Shown here piece after piece: positions 48,917-58,476 of a DNA stretch of 64,000 bases. The stretch comes from Candidatus Poribacteria bacterium (GTDB lineage Bacteria > Poribacteria > WGA-4E > PCPOR2b). The notes beneath the pieces are model-generated. The model was not told the origin of the DNA. It was given only the letters and a program-made list of their open reading frames with translations, and did not search any database. Each line of letters opens with the position of its first letter. Positions within the stretch are counted from its first letter, which is position 1. The stretch spans positions 854,725 through 918,724 of the forward strand of contig OZ242326.1 of the NCBI GenBank assembly GCA_965208325.1, in the 5' to 3' direction. A program made the position numbers and the translations under genes.

Positions 48917-49230
48917 GACGTTCTCGCGGCGGCTTCAGCACCAAGATTCACATCACAGTTGACGCACTAGGTAATCCGCTTAGACTCCAGCTAACCCCCG
49001 GTCAGAGACACGACATAGCTGAAGCCGAATCGTTGATAGTTGGATATAACAGCCAGCATGTAATTGGAGACAAAGGATATGACTCAGTTGAATTTATCAC
49101 CGTTATTGAAGCCAATGGTGCCATTCCGGTGATACCACCACGACGTAATCGTGGTGCTCAAAGAACATTCGACCCCCATTTATACAAAGAGAGACATCTA
49201 GTCGAATGTTTCATCAAAAAAAAATACTAA
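48850..49230 (+). CDS. IS5-family transposase OrfB (DDE domain), expressed by frameshift from OrfA
   Basis: 'GFSTKIHITVDALGNPLRLQLTPGQRHD...VIGDKGYDS', a DDE transposase motif. Confidence 0.7.
   Translation: MPGSPMRTWRLKKNGGAENQALGRSRGGFSTKIHITVDALGNPLRLQLTPGQRHDIAEAESLIVGYNSQHVIGDKGYDSVEFITVIEANGAIPVIPPRRNRGAQRTFDPHLYKERHLVECFIKKKY
48883..48890 (+). promoter_or_regulatory. A8 slippery run - candidate programmed -1 frameshift site in IS5 transposase
   Basis: 'TCAAAAAAAACGGGGG' lies inside the OrfA/OrfB overlap. Confidence 0.5.
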
Positions 49231-49614
49231 TCCACGCCACATCACCAACAGCGATTCACCATCCGTGGCAACGCCGCATGATTATGTGCCCACGTAATCA
49301 TAGCCCATCGTTTAATCATACAAATCACAGTTCAGACAGTCTTCTCAATAACGCAACACTACACCCGCCGCGGCAACAATATGTAGGTTTCATTTTGTTT
49401 TTCGAGATTCCCACCGAGCGCCAAAGAATGCCCTGAATCAGAATCCAAAACAACACTGTCCCAAAATTTCCCCTTCATACCCACCTGCAACGGCACAAAC
49501 CCTTGCCCCGTCCGCATCCAAGCGATGGATTTTTCAACCCTTTCCGCCAAAAACCCCGATAACCTCGCACTCCGCCTTGACAATCGCTAAATCTCAAAGT
49601 ATACTACAATTATT

Positions 49615-50148
49615 ATGCCAACTACAAATGTCCAATTCGGCGAATCGGACATTGACTTCACCATTGAGCGTTTTGCTTATTATGGTGAGGGAAAAGCTAA
49701 TGCGAAGCGCGTAATTCGTGATGTATGTGATTATTTTGGGATTGAAGACAATGCTAGCAATCATAAATTATTATCCAATAAAATTCGTACCTTTAATCCC
49801 AACCGAAAAGACTGCGCAGAGCATTATCGGAGTCGCTATCTCATGAAACGAAATCAGGTTCTTACACACAGACACGAACCCAACGGCATTTTTTCACAAC
49901 AGCTACATGCACTTTTACTCGTTGCATTCAAAGTTCTGTCTGAAGAGATGACGCCGCCCCTCGCACTCAAGCTCATTGAAGCCGAAATCCGATTCGCAAT
50001 TGAAAACAAACACATAAATGTTCAGGAAAGAATTGAACGACAATGTTTAGCCGCCGACACGGGAGATAGTTCATTTCTAAATGGAAAGACGGAGCCGGAT
50101 TTACGGAAACCACAGTCGGTTTCTGAAAATCCATCGCGCATACCATAG
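49615..50148 (+). CDS. hypothetical protein; could be a frameshifted N-terminal part of the downstream terminase
   Basis: 177 aa with no recognisable motif. Overlaps the terminase ORF by 68 nt. Confidence 0.3.
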   Translation: MPTTNVQFGESDIDFTIERFAYYGEGKANAKRVIRDVCDYFGIEDNASNHKLLSNKIRTFNPNRKDCAEHYRSRYLMKRNQVLTHRHEPNGIFSQQLHALLLVAFKVLSEEMTPPLALKLIEAEIRFAIENKHINVQERIERQCLAADTGDSSFLNGKTEPDLRKPQSVSENPSRIP

Positions 50149-51895
50149 TGTAAGCGTGCCGTCCGCCATTAAAAGAACTGGAGAGGAACAGGACATCTAT
50201 CTCCGCGGCTTCCATGATGTCCTCTTCTTTGCCAAGCATCACTTTCCCAATGTGTTTACGGTGGAGTGCGGTCCCCATGCTTCTCCTATTCTGAATTGCA
50301 TTCCTTCAGGTGAGCGCGGACAGCGCGTCAATATTATTGCGCCTAGAGGTTGCGGCAAAAGCACCTACATCGCCGTAATCTATGTGCTGCACTGCGTTTA
50401 CTACAAAGACGAATACGAACGGCGCGGCTTAATGCCCGATAGCTTCATCGTTATCCTGTGCGGTACCAAAGACCTCGCTGTGGCGCGGCTGCACGACATC
50501 CGAGACAAAATCGAGGACGATCCCAACTTCCGCCATCTCAAAGGAAACGGTAAGTGGAGCGCGGACCAGCTCGATACGGCAAACGGAGCATGCCTAATTC
50601 CCGTCGGGCGGCACGGAAGAATCCGCGGTGAACTCAAGGATCTCGCAAGACCGACGCTAATTATCCTCGACGATGTTGAAGACTGCGAGGAAGTCCAAAA
50701 CCCCCGTATCCGAGATAAAAACTGGAAATGGTTCAACGAAGATGTCATGGCTGCTGGTAGAATTGACGGCAAGACTAACTTCATCCACGTCGACACCGTA
50801 AAGCACGAGGAAGCCATCTCCAAGCGTCTGCAACTTCTGCCCGACTGGTACAACCAATTCTACCGTTCTATTGAACATCCCCGAGACCTACGCCACCCCA
50901 CCGCCGAACCGTTTTGGGAAGAGTGGCAGAAAATCTATACGGACTTGACGCTCGAAAAAGACGAGCGTGACCGCCTTGCGCATGCATTTCTTGAGGAACA
51001 CAAGAATGAAATGCTGGACGGCATCCAAGAACTCTGGCCCCAAATGCTCTCGTACACCTACATCCGGCGGCTCATCTGCAACGATGGCTATATCCCCGTC
51101 ATGCGTGAGCGGCAAAACTCGACACGCGACCCTTCTAAAGAAATTTTCAACATGGAAAAAGCCGTTCGCTTCAAAATCACGCCCGACGGACTCTTGCGTA
51201 GCGACGGGCGGCTAGTCCTATGGAGCGACATCGCTGGCGGTACAGTTTTCCTCGACTGGGCTGGCGGAAAGGACGCTTACGATTCCTGCTACGCCGCCGC
51301 TGTGTTTGTCGTGTGGGAACCGCTGCCTCAAGCGACTATGAGGCGTAAGGGAGAACCGGTTGCCGCCCTCTCTAACACCCACGCCTACGTCCTGAACGTC
51401 TGGATGGACAAAGTCCCCGTCACGACCCAACTCGAGGAGACTTTTAAACTCATAAAGCGCAGTGTCAGCGCTGTACCGAACATTCGATTCGATTCCATCC
51501 TGCTCGCAGTCGAGGAAATTCCGAAAGACACCGGTAACGCGTTACACACCATGATATCGCGGGCTTTTAAGGGTGCGCGGGAAAAATACGGCATGACCTC
51601 GTTAGTCCGCCTTAAATTCCACAAACGAAGTGTCCGGAAGTTGGACCGCATCGCCGCGTTGGAACCGCCAATCGCCAACGGTTGGCTCGTCTTCAATGAG
51701 ACGCTGCCAGAAGTGTTTATGCGCCAGATGCGGCAATTCCCGACCGGGGATTTCTGCGACGGTCCCGACGCCCTGCAAGGCGGGACTGAGTTGCCCATCA
51801 CGCGCTTCCCCGCCCATAAACTGCCGCACGGAATGCCGATGCCGTTCGACGACGATCCGGACGCGCCAATGCACGTTATAAGGAGTTATCTATGA
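50081..51895 (+). CDS. phage terminase large subunit (TerL) - ATPase plus RNaseH-like nuclease
   Basis: Walker A 'NIIAPRGCGKSTY', Walker B 'TLIILDDVEDCEE', C-terminal acidic nuclease region 'VFLDWAGGKDAYDSCYAAAVFVV'. The start codon is uncertain. Confidence 0.65.
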   Translation: MERRSRIYGNHSRFLKIHRAYHSVSVPSAIKRTGEEQDIYLRGFHDVLFFAKHHFPNVFTVECGPHASPILNCIPSGERGQRVNIIAPRGCGKSTYIAVIYVLHCVYYKDEYERRGLMPDSFIVILCGTKDLAVARLHDIRDKIEDDPNFRHLKGNGKWSADQLDTANGACLIPVGRHGRIRGELKDLARPTLIILDDVEDCEEVQNPRIRDKNWKWFNEDVMAAGRIDGKTNFIHVDTVKHEEAISKRLQLLPDWYNQFYRSIEHPRDLRHPTAEPFWEEWQKIYTDLTLEKDERDRLAHAFLEEHKNEMLDGIQELWPQMLSYTYIRRLICNDGYIPVMRERQNSTRDPSKEIFNMEKAVRFKITPDGLLRSDGRLVLWSDIAGGTVFLDWAGGKDAYDSCYAAAVFVVWEPLPQATMRRKGEPVAALSNTHAYVLNVWMDKVPVTTQLEETFKLIKRSVSAVPNIRFDSILLAVEEIPKDTGNALHTMISRAFKGAREKYGMTSLVRLKFHKRSVRKLDRIAALEPPIANGWLVFNETLPEVFMRQMRQFPTGDFCDGPDALQGGTELPITRFPAHKLPHGMPMPFDDDPDAPMHVIRSYL

Positions 51896-52132
51896 TGGCT
51901 GAATTAACCAACATGTTAGGGCCTTCAAAAATGAGCATTCTCAACTTATTTTTTCTGGCGCACAACAATGCTCAACGCCCCAAACCCGCTCCCTGTCTAG
52001 CTTTCCACGCGTTTTGCTTATTTCACTATGTCCCAAATACTCAAAAAATAAGCAAATCCAATATCCCAAATTTACCTCGCCTCAACTTAACCAAAGTCAC
52101 GCTTATTTCCCTGAACATGTGCCAAATTTCAT

Positions 52133-52636
52133 TTGGAGAGAGGCCGAGATATGACTAAAATTGTTAGCACGCTTCTCGCGTTTGGGGCTATAGCCGCTGT
52201 CATGCTTGTTTTCATTGTTACTCTTTTGCACAGCGACTCCTTCAATATACGTACGTCATCTGAGCCCGAGAGTGTTGAACTTGATGCGGCAAATCAGTCG
52301 CCAAATAATCTGGGATTGTCTTCCGAAGTGGACTTTTTGTTTGGGAGACCTAGATGGTTGCCGGGTGGGGTGATTCAAATTATCCCAACTGTCGGCGTGG
52401 ATTTTGGGTTCATCCGACCAATCGCATCCGGGTATGCTGTCGGAAGGTCATTCATGGTCGGTACGAGCACCACGCTATCCGATGAAGAGTTAGGTTTCAG
52501 CACAAAACATCGCGTCTCCTTTGAAACGGGAATCCGCGTTTACCTATCCCCTTCGCAGTATGTGTCGATCACTTGCGGCAAACAGTACGACGAAGATAGC
52601 GTTACGACAAACTTTAAAACTGCGTTGCGGCTTTAA
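52133..52636 (+). CDS. hypothetical membrane-anchored protein
   Basis: N-terminal TM 'IVSTLLAFGAIAAVMLVFIVTLL'. 167 aa. Confidence 0.4.
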   Translation: MERGRDMTKIVSTLLAFGAIAAVMLVFIVTLLHSDSFNIRTSSEPESVELDAANQSPNNLGLSSEVDFLFGRPRWLPGGVIQIIPTVGVDFGFIRPIASGYAVGRSFMVGTSTTLSDEELGFSTKHRVSFETGIRVYLSPSQYVSITCGKQYDEDSVTTNFKTALRL

Positions 52637-52681
52637 TGTTGGCGCGCGCCGGTTATATGACAACGGTGCAATGATGATGGG

Positions 52682-53896
52682 TTGTTGGAAAGCAATCAAA
52701 TAATTGTGCGATGCTCCCGCGCAAATATAACCAAGTTCTATGTCAGCTCAGCGCTCGGCGGTTTTACGCTATTTCACGGCGTGTTGGGTTTTTACATGCG
52801 GCAGATTGGGTTTTCGTACACCCAAATCTTCTTTTTAGCCGCCCTATACGAAATCTTGGTTTTTCTCTTGGAAATTCCGACTGGCGTATTTGCCGACCGT
52901 TTCGGGCTTAAAAAGTGCGCAGTCCTAGGGCACTTCATATCCGCCGCAAGTTGTTTTCCGATTGCACTGTTCCCCACATCTTACAGCGTGTTCCTTCTCT
53001 GGAGCGTGTTGTCAGCGATATGCACGACACTGAATTCCGGATCGGTAGAGGCGCTGCAATTCGAGTCGTTGCGAGATATATCGCGCGAAGCAGAATACAC
53101 AAAGTTGCGCGGCAGATTAGCCGCAATCGGAGGCTTGTCAATGCCGGTTGGGGCTCTTATCGGCGGCGTTCTTTGCGAGAACATCGGGTTTGGTAACGTC
53201 GTCGCGCTCGGCGGGCTGACCGGACTATTTATTACCGCAGTTTATGTCAGTATGAGCGAACCGAGCGAGGTTCAACTAGCGCGCGAAAGTTTGACAGATC
53301 AAAGCATATTTAAGTGGATAGCCGAAAACTTTCGATTTATTAAAAAGGATAAGGAATTAACCGGAGTCATTATCGCCGGAGCGGTGGTCTATGCAGCGTA
53401 TCTTCTGATTAATAACTATTCGCAGCCGTGTTTGGAAGAGGCAGGAATACAGTCGTATCGAATTGTTGGCTTGGTTAGCGGCTCCTTTATGCTCGCGTTC
53501 GCCGCAGTCTCATGGTGGGCGGGATATTTGACGCAACGCATCGGAGCGAAAGGCACATTCGTGTGGTTGTCCGGCGTGCCGATTTTGAGTTTAATAGGCT
53601 TGGGAAGACTTAACGGCATCACATTATTGGCACCGCTCTATCTCTCCAGGTTGGGCGAGGGTGTCGCCGAGCCTGTCATCTCGAACCGGTTGCTTCAGAA
53701 AAGCCCAGCGGGAAGAACCGCAACGCTCCTTTCCACGCATAGCCTTCTTACATCGCTGGTATTTTCTATATGGAGCATGGCGAGCGGGTTTGGTCTGGAC
53801 AATGTAGGTCGATTCTTCACATTTTCTGCGGGTGCCGCCTTCGCGGTTATAATATTGCTGTGGAGCGGGCGGTGGGTAGTGAGAACTGACGATTAG
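52682..53896 (+). CDS. MFS transporter
   Basis: About 12 TM. MFS motif A-like 'GVFADRFGLKKC'. 404 aa. Confidence 0.7.
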   Translation: MLESNQIIVRCSRANITKFYVSSALGGFTLFHGVLGFYMRQIGFSYTQIFFLAALYEILVFLLEIPTGVFADRFGLKKCAVLGHFISAASCFPIALFPTSYSVFLLWSVLSAICTTLNSGSVEALQFESLRDISREAEYTKLRGRLAAIGGLSMPVGALIGGVLCENIGFGNVVALGGLTGLFITAVYVSMSEPSEVQLARESLTDQSIFKWIAENFRFIKKDKELTGVIIAGAVVYAAYLLINNYSQPCLEEAGIQSYRIVGLVSGSFMLAFAAVSWWAGYLTQRIGAKGTFVWLSGVPILSLIGLGRLNGITLLAPLYLSRLGEGVAEPVISNRLLQKSPAGRTATLLSTHSLLTSLVFSIWSMASGFGLDNVGRFFTFSAGAAFAVIILLWSGRWVVRTDD

Positions 53897-53945
53897 AACT
53901 CGTCAAACTAAGCGGGTTATTGAGATTGACTTAGGGAATATTTTT

Positions 53946-55778
53946 TTGCTGCGTTTTGCGAAAACACACAACGGCGTTGCCGTAAGATTTTTATCACAGC
54001 ATGGACCATCATTCAATTTCAGTCCGAACAATGGTAGGAAACCGCTGCTTCCAATTTTTCTCACAATTCAATTGACCGGTTTGATTGCTGCCGTTTTCGC
54101 GGCGGAGATATACGGGGGGCAAAAGGAGGAATCTATGATGCGAAGTGAACAACTAGTGGGTACCCCCAACACCCTGGATTTGGTAGAGCGGGCGCGGTAT
54201 GCGATTAACGCGATGACGCAAAGCACCAATCCGGAAGCGGAGTACGCGGTCTACTTCACCGGGGTGCTTCACCGCAATCCGCCGACGCTATTGAGGGAAA
54301 TCCCGCTGTACGGAAAATTCATGGAAGGGTTGGCTTTAATGCGCATCATGACGAGCGGCGAATTCGATACACGCGCATCTACGCAACCCGATGATTTTAA
54401 CCGGCATGTGGACCGCGTCTGGCGGGAAGCCTTTCTGCGCAAGCTAAAGAAACAGGAACTTACATTAGTTGGCGCCGAAGGCGGACGGCAGCTCGCTTGG
54501 TTGGCGATCCAATATCAACAGACCCAAGACTCAATGTGGAAAGAACTCGGCGAAACGGTGATTCAGCGGGCGCTAAAAACGACGGTCCATCAAAACGGCT
54601 ACTGCTATTTCCCGACTGACGCGGAAGGCACAATGCCGACGAGTTGGGAGGCGACCTACCAAGGGTGGACGCTCCAGGGCGTAACCCAATTTTATATGGC
54701 GACCGGCTCTGAAGCGGCGCTGGAACTGGCGGGCAAACTCGCCCGCTACTTGAAAGATCACTCCGGCATGTTTGATGCCGACGGACGCTTTCTCGCACGC
54801 CACGACGTTGATGTTCCGCTCGACCCGCCGGCTACACTTGGACCTGCGCTGCATTTCCACCACAATGGCAACACGATGGAAGCGCTCTCGGAGTATGCGT
54901 GGGCAAGCGGCGAATCGGAATTTGGAGAATTCGCCAAGAAATGCTACGAATACGCCCGTTCACTCCCCGACTCATCGCCGCTTATCGGCTTTTTCCAAGA
55001 GTACATCGACGATTGGCCCGATAACCGCGGTGTCATAGACTGCGAAACCTGCTGTGTCGTTGACATGATGTTGACTGCGCTCTGGATGACGAAGGCGGGC
55101 GTGGAGGATTATTGGGACGATATCGACCGATATTTGCGAAACCAGTTCGCCGAGATGCAGATGACCTCCGGAGATTGGTTAACCCGGATGACAGAAGCAC
55201 TGCCGTATCGGCCGCCGGGCGAGGGCGAAATTGCCATGGGGTCGCCGGACCGCTGGGTCGGCACCTTCGCCGGTTGGGCGACTGCCAATGACTTCTTCGC
55301 CATCGGCGCAGGTCCCGGCATCATGCACTGCTGCACCGGCAACGGGTCACGGGCGCTTTACTACCTTTGGGAGAATATGCTTGAGTTCAGCGGCGGAGAG
55401 TTACGGCTCAATCTACTGCTCAACCGGAATTCTCCGTGGGTCGAGGTCAGCAGCCGCATCCCGTATGAAGGCAAGGTTGAGTTGAAGGTCAAGGCGGGGT
55501 GTGAAAATATTTCGGTTCGCGCGCCCGAATGGGTGGAAGGCTCAAACGGCGCAATGTCGTGCCGCGTTAACGGCGCCTCCCGAAACTTCAGTTGGAAGGG
55601 CCGCTGTGTACACATCGGCAAAGCCGCACCCGGTGATAAAGTTGAAATTACATTTCCCATATCGAATCGGACGGTGGAAGAAACGGTAGGCGGTGTGCCG
55701 TACACGCTTGTAATCCGGGGCAATAACGTGATTTCCATCTCTCCGCCGGGGAAGCATTACCCTTTTTATAACCGATAA
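53946..55778 (+). CDS. DUF1680 / GH127-like six-hairpin glycoside hydrolase family protein, membrane-anchored (paralog 1)
   Basis: N-terminal anchor 'LLPIFLTIQLTGLIAAVFAA'. 'DCETCCVVD' (E-x-C, 55041-55055) and 'HCCTGNG' (55327-55345) match the Glu/Cys/Cys-Cys zinc/catalytic arrangement described for GH127 beta-L-arabinofuranosidase. C-terminal beta-sandwich. Confidence 0.45.
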   Translation: MLRFAKTHNGVAVRFLSQHGPSFNFSPNNGRKPLLPIFLTIQLTGLIAAVFAAEIYGGQKEESMMRSEQLVGTPNTLDLVERARYAINAMTQSTNPEAEYAVYFTGVLHRNPPTLLREIPLYGKFMEGLALMRIMTSGEFDTRASTQPDDFNRHVDRVWREAFLRKLKKQELTLVGAEGGRQLAWLAIQYQQTQDSMWKELGETVIQRALKTTVHQNGYCYFPTDAEGTMPTSWEATYQGWTLQGVTQFYMATGSEAALELAGKLARYLKDHSGMFDADGRFLARHDVDVPLDPPATLGPALHFHHNGNTMEALSEYAWASGESEFGEFAKKCYEYARSLPDSSPLIGFFQEYIDDWPDNRGVIDCETCCVVDMMLTALWMTKAGVEDYWDDIDRYLRNQFAEMQMTSGDWLTRMTEALPYRPPGEGEIAMGSPDRWVGTFAGWATANDFFAIGAGPGIMHCCTGNGSRALYYLWENMLEFSGGELRLNLLLNRNSPWVEVSSRIPYEGKVELKVKAGCENISVRAPEWVEGSNGAMSCRVNGASRNFSWKGRCVHIGKAAPGDKVEITFPISNRTVEETVGGVPYTLVIRGNNVISISPPGKHYPFYNR

Positions 55779-55829
55779 TGGATTTGCGCCTGTCTTAAGC
55801 TAACTAATCTGAACAAATGCGCCCTCAAT

Positions 55830-57731
55830 TTGATTCGTGGTAGTTTGATATGCGCCGCACAATTCAACCTACCTACTAATGTCAATGACGATGATATGAC
55901 ATATCCCAACGATTCACTAATCGGTCTTATAGAAAAAGACCCATCAACAATGAGACGGCTATGCATTTTCAATCCCTCGAAACGTTGGAAACTGAGACTC
56001 CCATTATTTCGCGCGATTCTGCCGATCGGGTTAATTGCCGCCGTTTTCGTTTCGGGGGGCTACGGAAAGCTCAAGGAGGAACCAACGATGCAAAATGAAC
56101 AATTAGCAGAGGCACCCAACACGCTGGATTTGGTAGAGCGGGCTGGGTATGCGATTAACGCGATGACGCGAAGCACCAATCCGGAAGCGGAGTACGCGGT
56201 CTACTTCACCGGCGTGCTCCACCGCAACCCGCCGACCCTATCAGGGCAAATTCCACTGTACGGAAAATTCATGGAAGGGACGGCGTTGATGCGCATTATG
56301 ACGAGCGGCGAATTCAACACACGCCCATCTTCCCAACCCAAGGATTTCAATCGACACGTGGACCGCGTCTGGCAAGATGCGTTTGTGCGGTTACTGACTG
56401 AAAGTAAGCCGGTGCTTACGGGACCCGAAGGCGGACGGCAACTCGCATGGTTAGCCATTCAGTATCGGCGGACGAATAACGAAATGTGGAAAGAACTCGG
56501 TGAATCGGCGATTCAGCGCGCGCTTGATGCGGCAGTCCATCAAGATGGCTACTGTTATTTCCCGCACGGCGCAGAAGGGACGATGCCGACGGGCTGGGGG
56601 GCGACCTACCAAGGGTGGACGCTTCAAGGGCTCAGCCAGTTTCATATTGCGACCGGTTCGGACGTTGCACTGGAACTGGCGGGCAAACTTGCCCGCTATT
56701 TGAAGGATTACGCTGGCGTTTTTGATGCGGACGGCCGGTTTCTATCGCGCCACGGCGATTCCATTCCGCACAGCCCGCCAGCCACACTGGGACCTGCACT
56801 GCATTTCCACCACAACGGCAATGCGATGGAAGGGCTGATGGAGTACGCGTTGGCGAGCGGCGATGCGGAATATGCTGAATTCGCGAAAAAATGCTATGAA
56901 TACGCCCGTTCGCTCCCCGACTCATCGCCGCTTATCGGCTTTTTTCAGGAGTACATTGACGATTGGCCCGATAACCGCGGCGTCATTGACTGCGAAACCT
57001 GCTGTGTTGTTGACATGATGCTGACGGCGCTCTGGATGACGAAGGCGGGTGTTGGCGATTATTGGGACGACATTGACCGGTACATGCGGAACCAGTTCGC
57101 CGAGATGCAGATGACCACCGGAGATTGGCTGGAAAAAATGAATGAAGGGCTATCATATCAACCGCCGGGCGATGATGAGATTGCGATGGGTTCACCTCAG
57201 CGTTGGATCGGCACCTTCGCCGGTTGGGCGACTGCCAATGACTTCTTCGCCATCGGTGCAGGTCCAGGTATTATGCACTGCTGCACCGGCAACGGGTCAC
57301 GGGCGCTTTACTATCTCTGGGAAAATACGCTAGAATACAACGACGGAGAGTTACGGCTCAATCTGCTTCTTAACCGGCAATCTCCATGGGTGCAAGTCAG
57401 CAGCCATATCCCGTATGAAGGCAAGGTTGAGTTGAAGGTCAAGGCAGGGTGTGAAAATATTGCCGTTCGCGCGCCCGAATGGGTGGAAGGGTCGAGCGGC
57501 GTACTGTCGTGCCGCGTCAACGGCGCCGTCCGCAAAATTAGTTGGACGGACCGCTATGTGCACATCGGTGAAGCGGCGCCTGGCGACACAGTTGAACTCG
57601 CATTTCCGATATCTGAACGGACGGTCGAGGAAACAGTTGGCGGTGTTCCTTATACGCTTGTAATCAGGGGAAATAACGTGGTTTCCATCTCACCGCAGGG
57701 AAAGAATTATCCGTTTTACCACCGTAATTAA
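55830..57731 (+). CDS. DUF1680 / GH127-like protein, tandem paralog 2
   Basis: About 75% amino-acid identity to paralog 1 with identical 'DCETCCVVD' and 'HCCTGNG' motifs. Long stretches of near-identical DNA. Confidence 0.45.
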   Translation: MIRGSLICAAQFNLPTNVNDDDMTYPNDSLIGLIEKDPSTMRRLCIFNPSKRWKLRLPLFRAILPIGLIAAVFVSGGYGKLKEEPTMQNEQLAEAPNTLDLVERAGYAINAMTRSTNPEAEYAVYFTGVLHRNPPTLSGQIPLYGKFMEGTALMRIMTSGEFNTRPSSQPKDFNRHVDRVWQDAFVRLLTESKPVLTGPEGGRQLAWLAIQYRRTNNEMWKELGESAIQRALDAAVHQDGYCYFPHGAEGTMPTGWGATYQGWTLQGLSQFHIATGSDVALELAGKLARYLKDYAGVFDADGRFLSRHGDSIPHSPPATLGPALHFHHNGNAMEGLMEYALASGDAEYAEFAKKCYEYARSLPDSSPLIGFFQEYIDDWPDNRGVIDCETCCVVDMMLTALWMTKAGVGDYWDDIDRYMRNQFAEMQMTTGDWLEKMNEGLSYQPPGDDEIAMGSPQRWIGTFAGWATANDFFAIGAGPGIMHCCTGNGSRALYYLWENTLEYNDGELRLNLLLNRQSPWVQVSSHIPYEGKVELKVKAGCENIAVRAPEWVEGSSGVLSCRVNGAVRKISWTDRYVHIGEAAPGDTVELAFPISERTVEETVGGVPYTLVIRGNNVVSISPQGKNYPFYHRN

Positions 57732-57784
57732 ATCGGTCCTGAGAACCCCCTGCACTCACCCAAATAACTAAAAAAAACGTTCAA

Positions 57785-58090
57785 TTAGCACTTGACCTGG
57801 ATTTCGCCATCCTCAACGAGAACGTCATAAGATTTCACTTGTAACCGCACATCGGTGCGGCACACGCCGGTTTCGACATCGTATGCGTAACCGTGAACCG
57901 GACAGATTGCCAAGCCGTTTTTAATGCGTCCTCTGCCGAGTGACCCCAGGGCGTGGGCGCATGTATTATCAAGCGCGTAAAAATTCTCGCCATCGTTGAA
58001 AACCGCAATACGTTTTCCGTTTATGGTGAAGGCTTTCCCCCGCCCGACGGGAATATCCGACGTTTTTGCCACGGGCGCATAAGATGACAT
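57785..58090 (-). CDS. Rieske [2Fe-2S] domain protein (NirD-like small subunit)
   Basis: 'CAHALGSL...CPVHGYAYD' (CxH...CxxH). 101 aa. Confidence 0.7.
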   Translation of the reverse strand: MSSYAPVAKTSDIPVGRGKAFTINGKRIAVFNDGENFYALDNTCAHALGSLGRGRIKNGLAICPVHGYAYDVETGVCRTDVRLQVKSYDVLVEDGEIQVKC

Positions 58091-58476
58091 CGCGTTTCTC
58101 CTCTTGAGTTAAACTTTCTTCAGTATAAAAAACGACACAGACTAGGGCGTGTTGACATTTGGCATCCCGTAGGTTGAATTGAACGGTTAAACGGCAGTCC
58201 CTATCAAGTACAATGGAATCTTTTGTAACACAATCTGTTAGATTGTGATCCGAGCCCGCAAACTAACAGTTTGTGCTACTTATATCAGATTATCCAATGG
58301 TGACAACGTTTGCGGAATCAGTAGCCTCAAAATGTCAACAGAACCTAGGGCGTGTTGACAAATTAGTCATGACAGCACAGCTTAGTAGGAACGACAATTA
58401 AACGCATTGGCAAGTCCATTGTTTGCTGTTCCCATTTTACATTGATTCACGGCGGATTGTAAAGCGGCACGTCTGT

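Larger units (their letters stand above)
48500..49300 (+). mobile_element. IS5-family (IS427/IS1031 group) insertion sequence with two-ORF transposase and A8 slippery site; ends not defined
   Basis: OrfA (48551..48916) 'LTDxQWEKI...' N-terminus is typical of the IS5 OrfA HTH. OrfB (48850..49230) carries the DDE region 'GDKGYDS...ECFIKK'. A8 run at 48883-48890 lies in the overlap and would allow a -1 frameshift. No terminal inverted repeats could be identified by eye. Confidence 0.7.

Noticed and set aside
48480-49330. Terminal inverted repeats and target-site duplication of the IS5-family element
   Set aside because: I looked for the reverse complement of 48490-48550 in 49230-49330 and found only a weak direct 'GTGGCA...TTATG' similarity. 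The ends are therefore left undefined.
49615-50148. Terminase small subunit assignment for the ORF upstream of TerL
   Set aside because: No HTH or oligomerisation-type motif is recognisable. The 68-nt overlap with TerL fits a frameshifted N-terminal fragment or an unrelated gene equally well.
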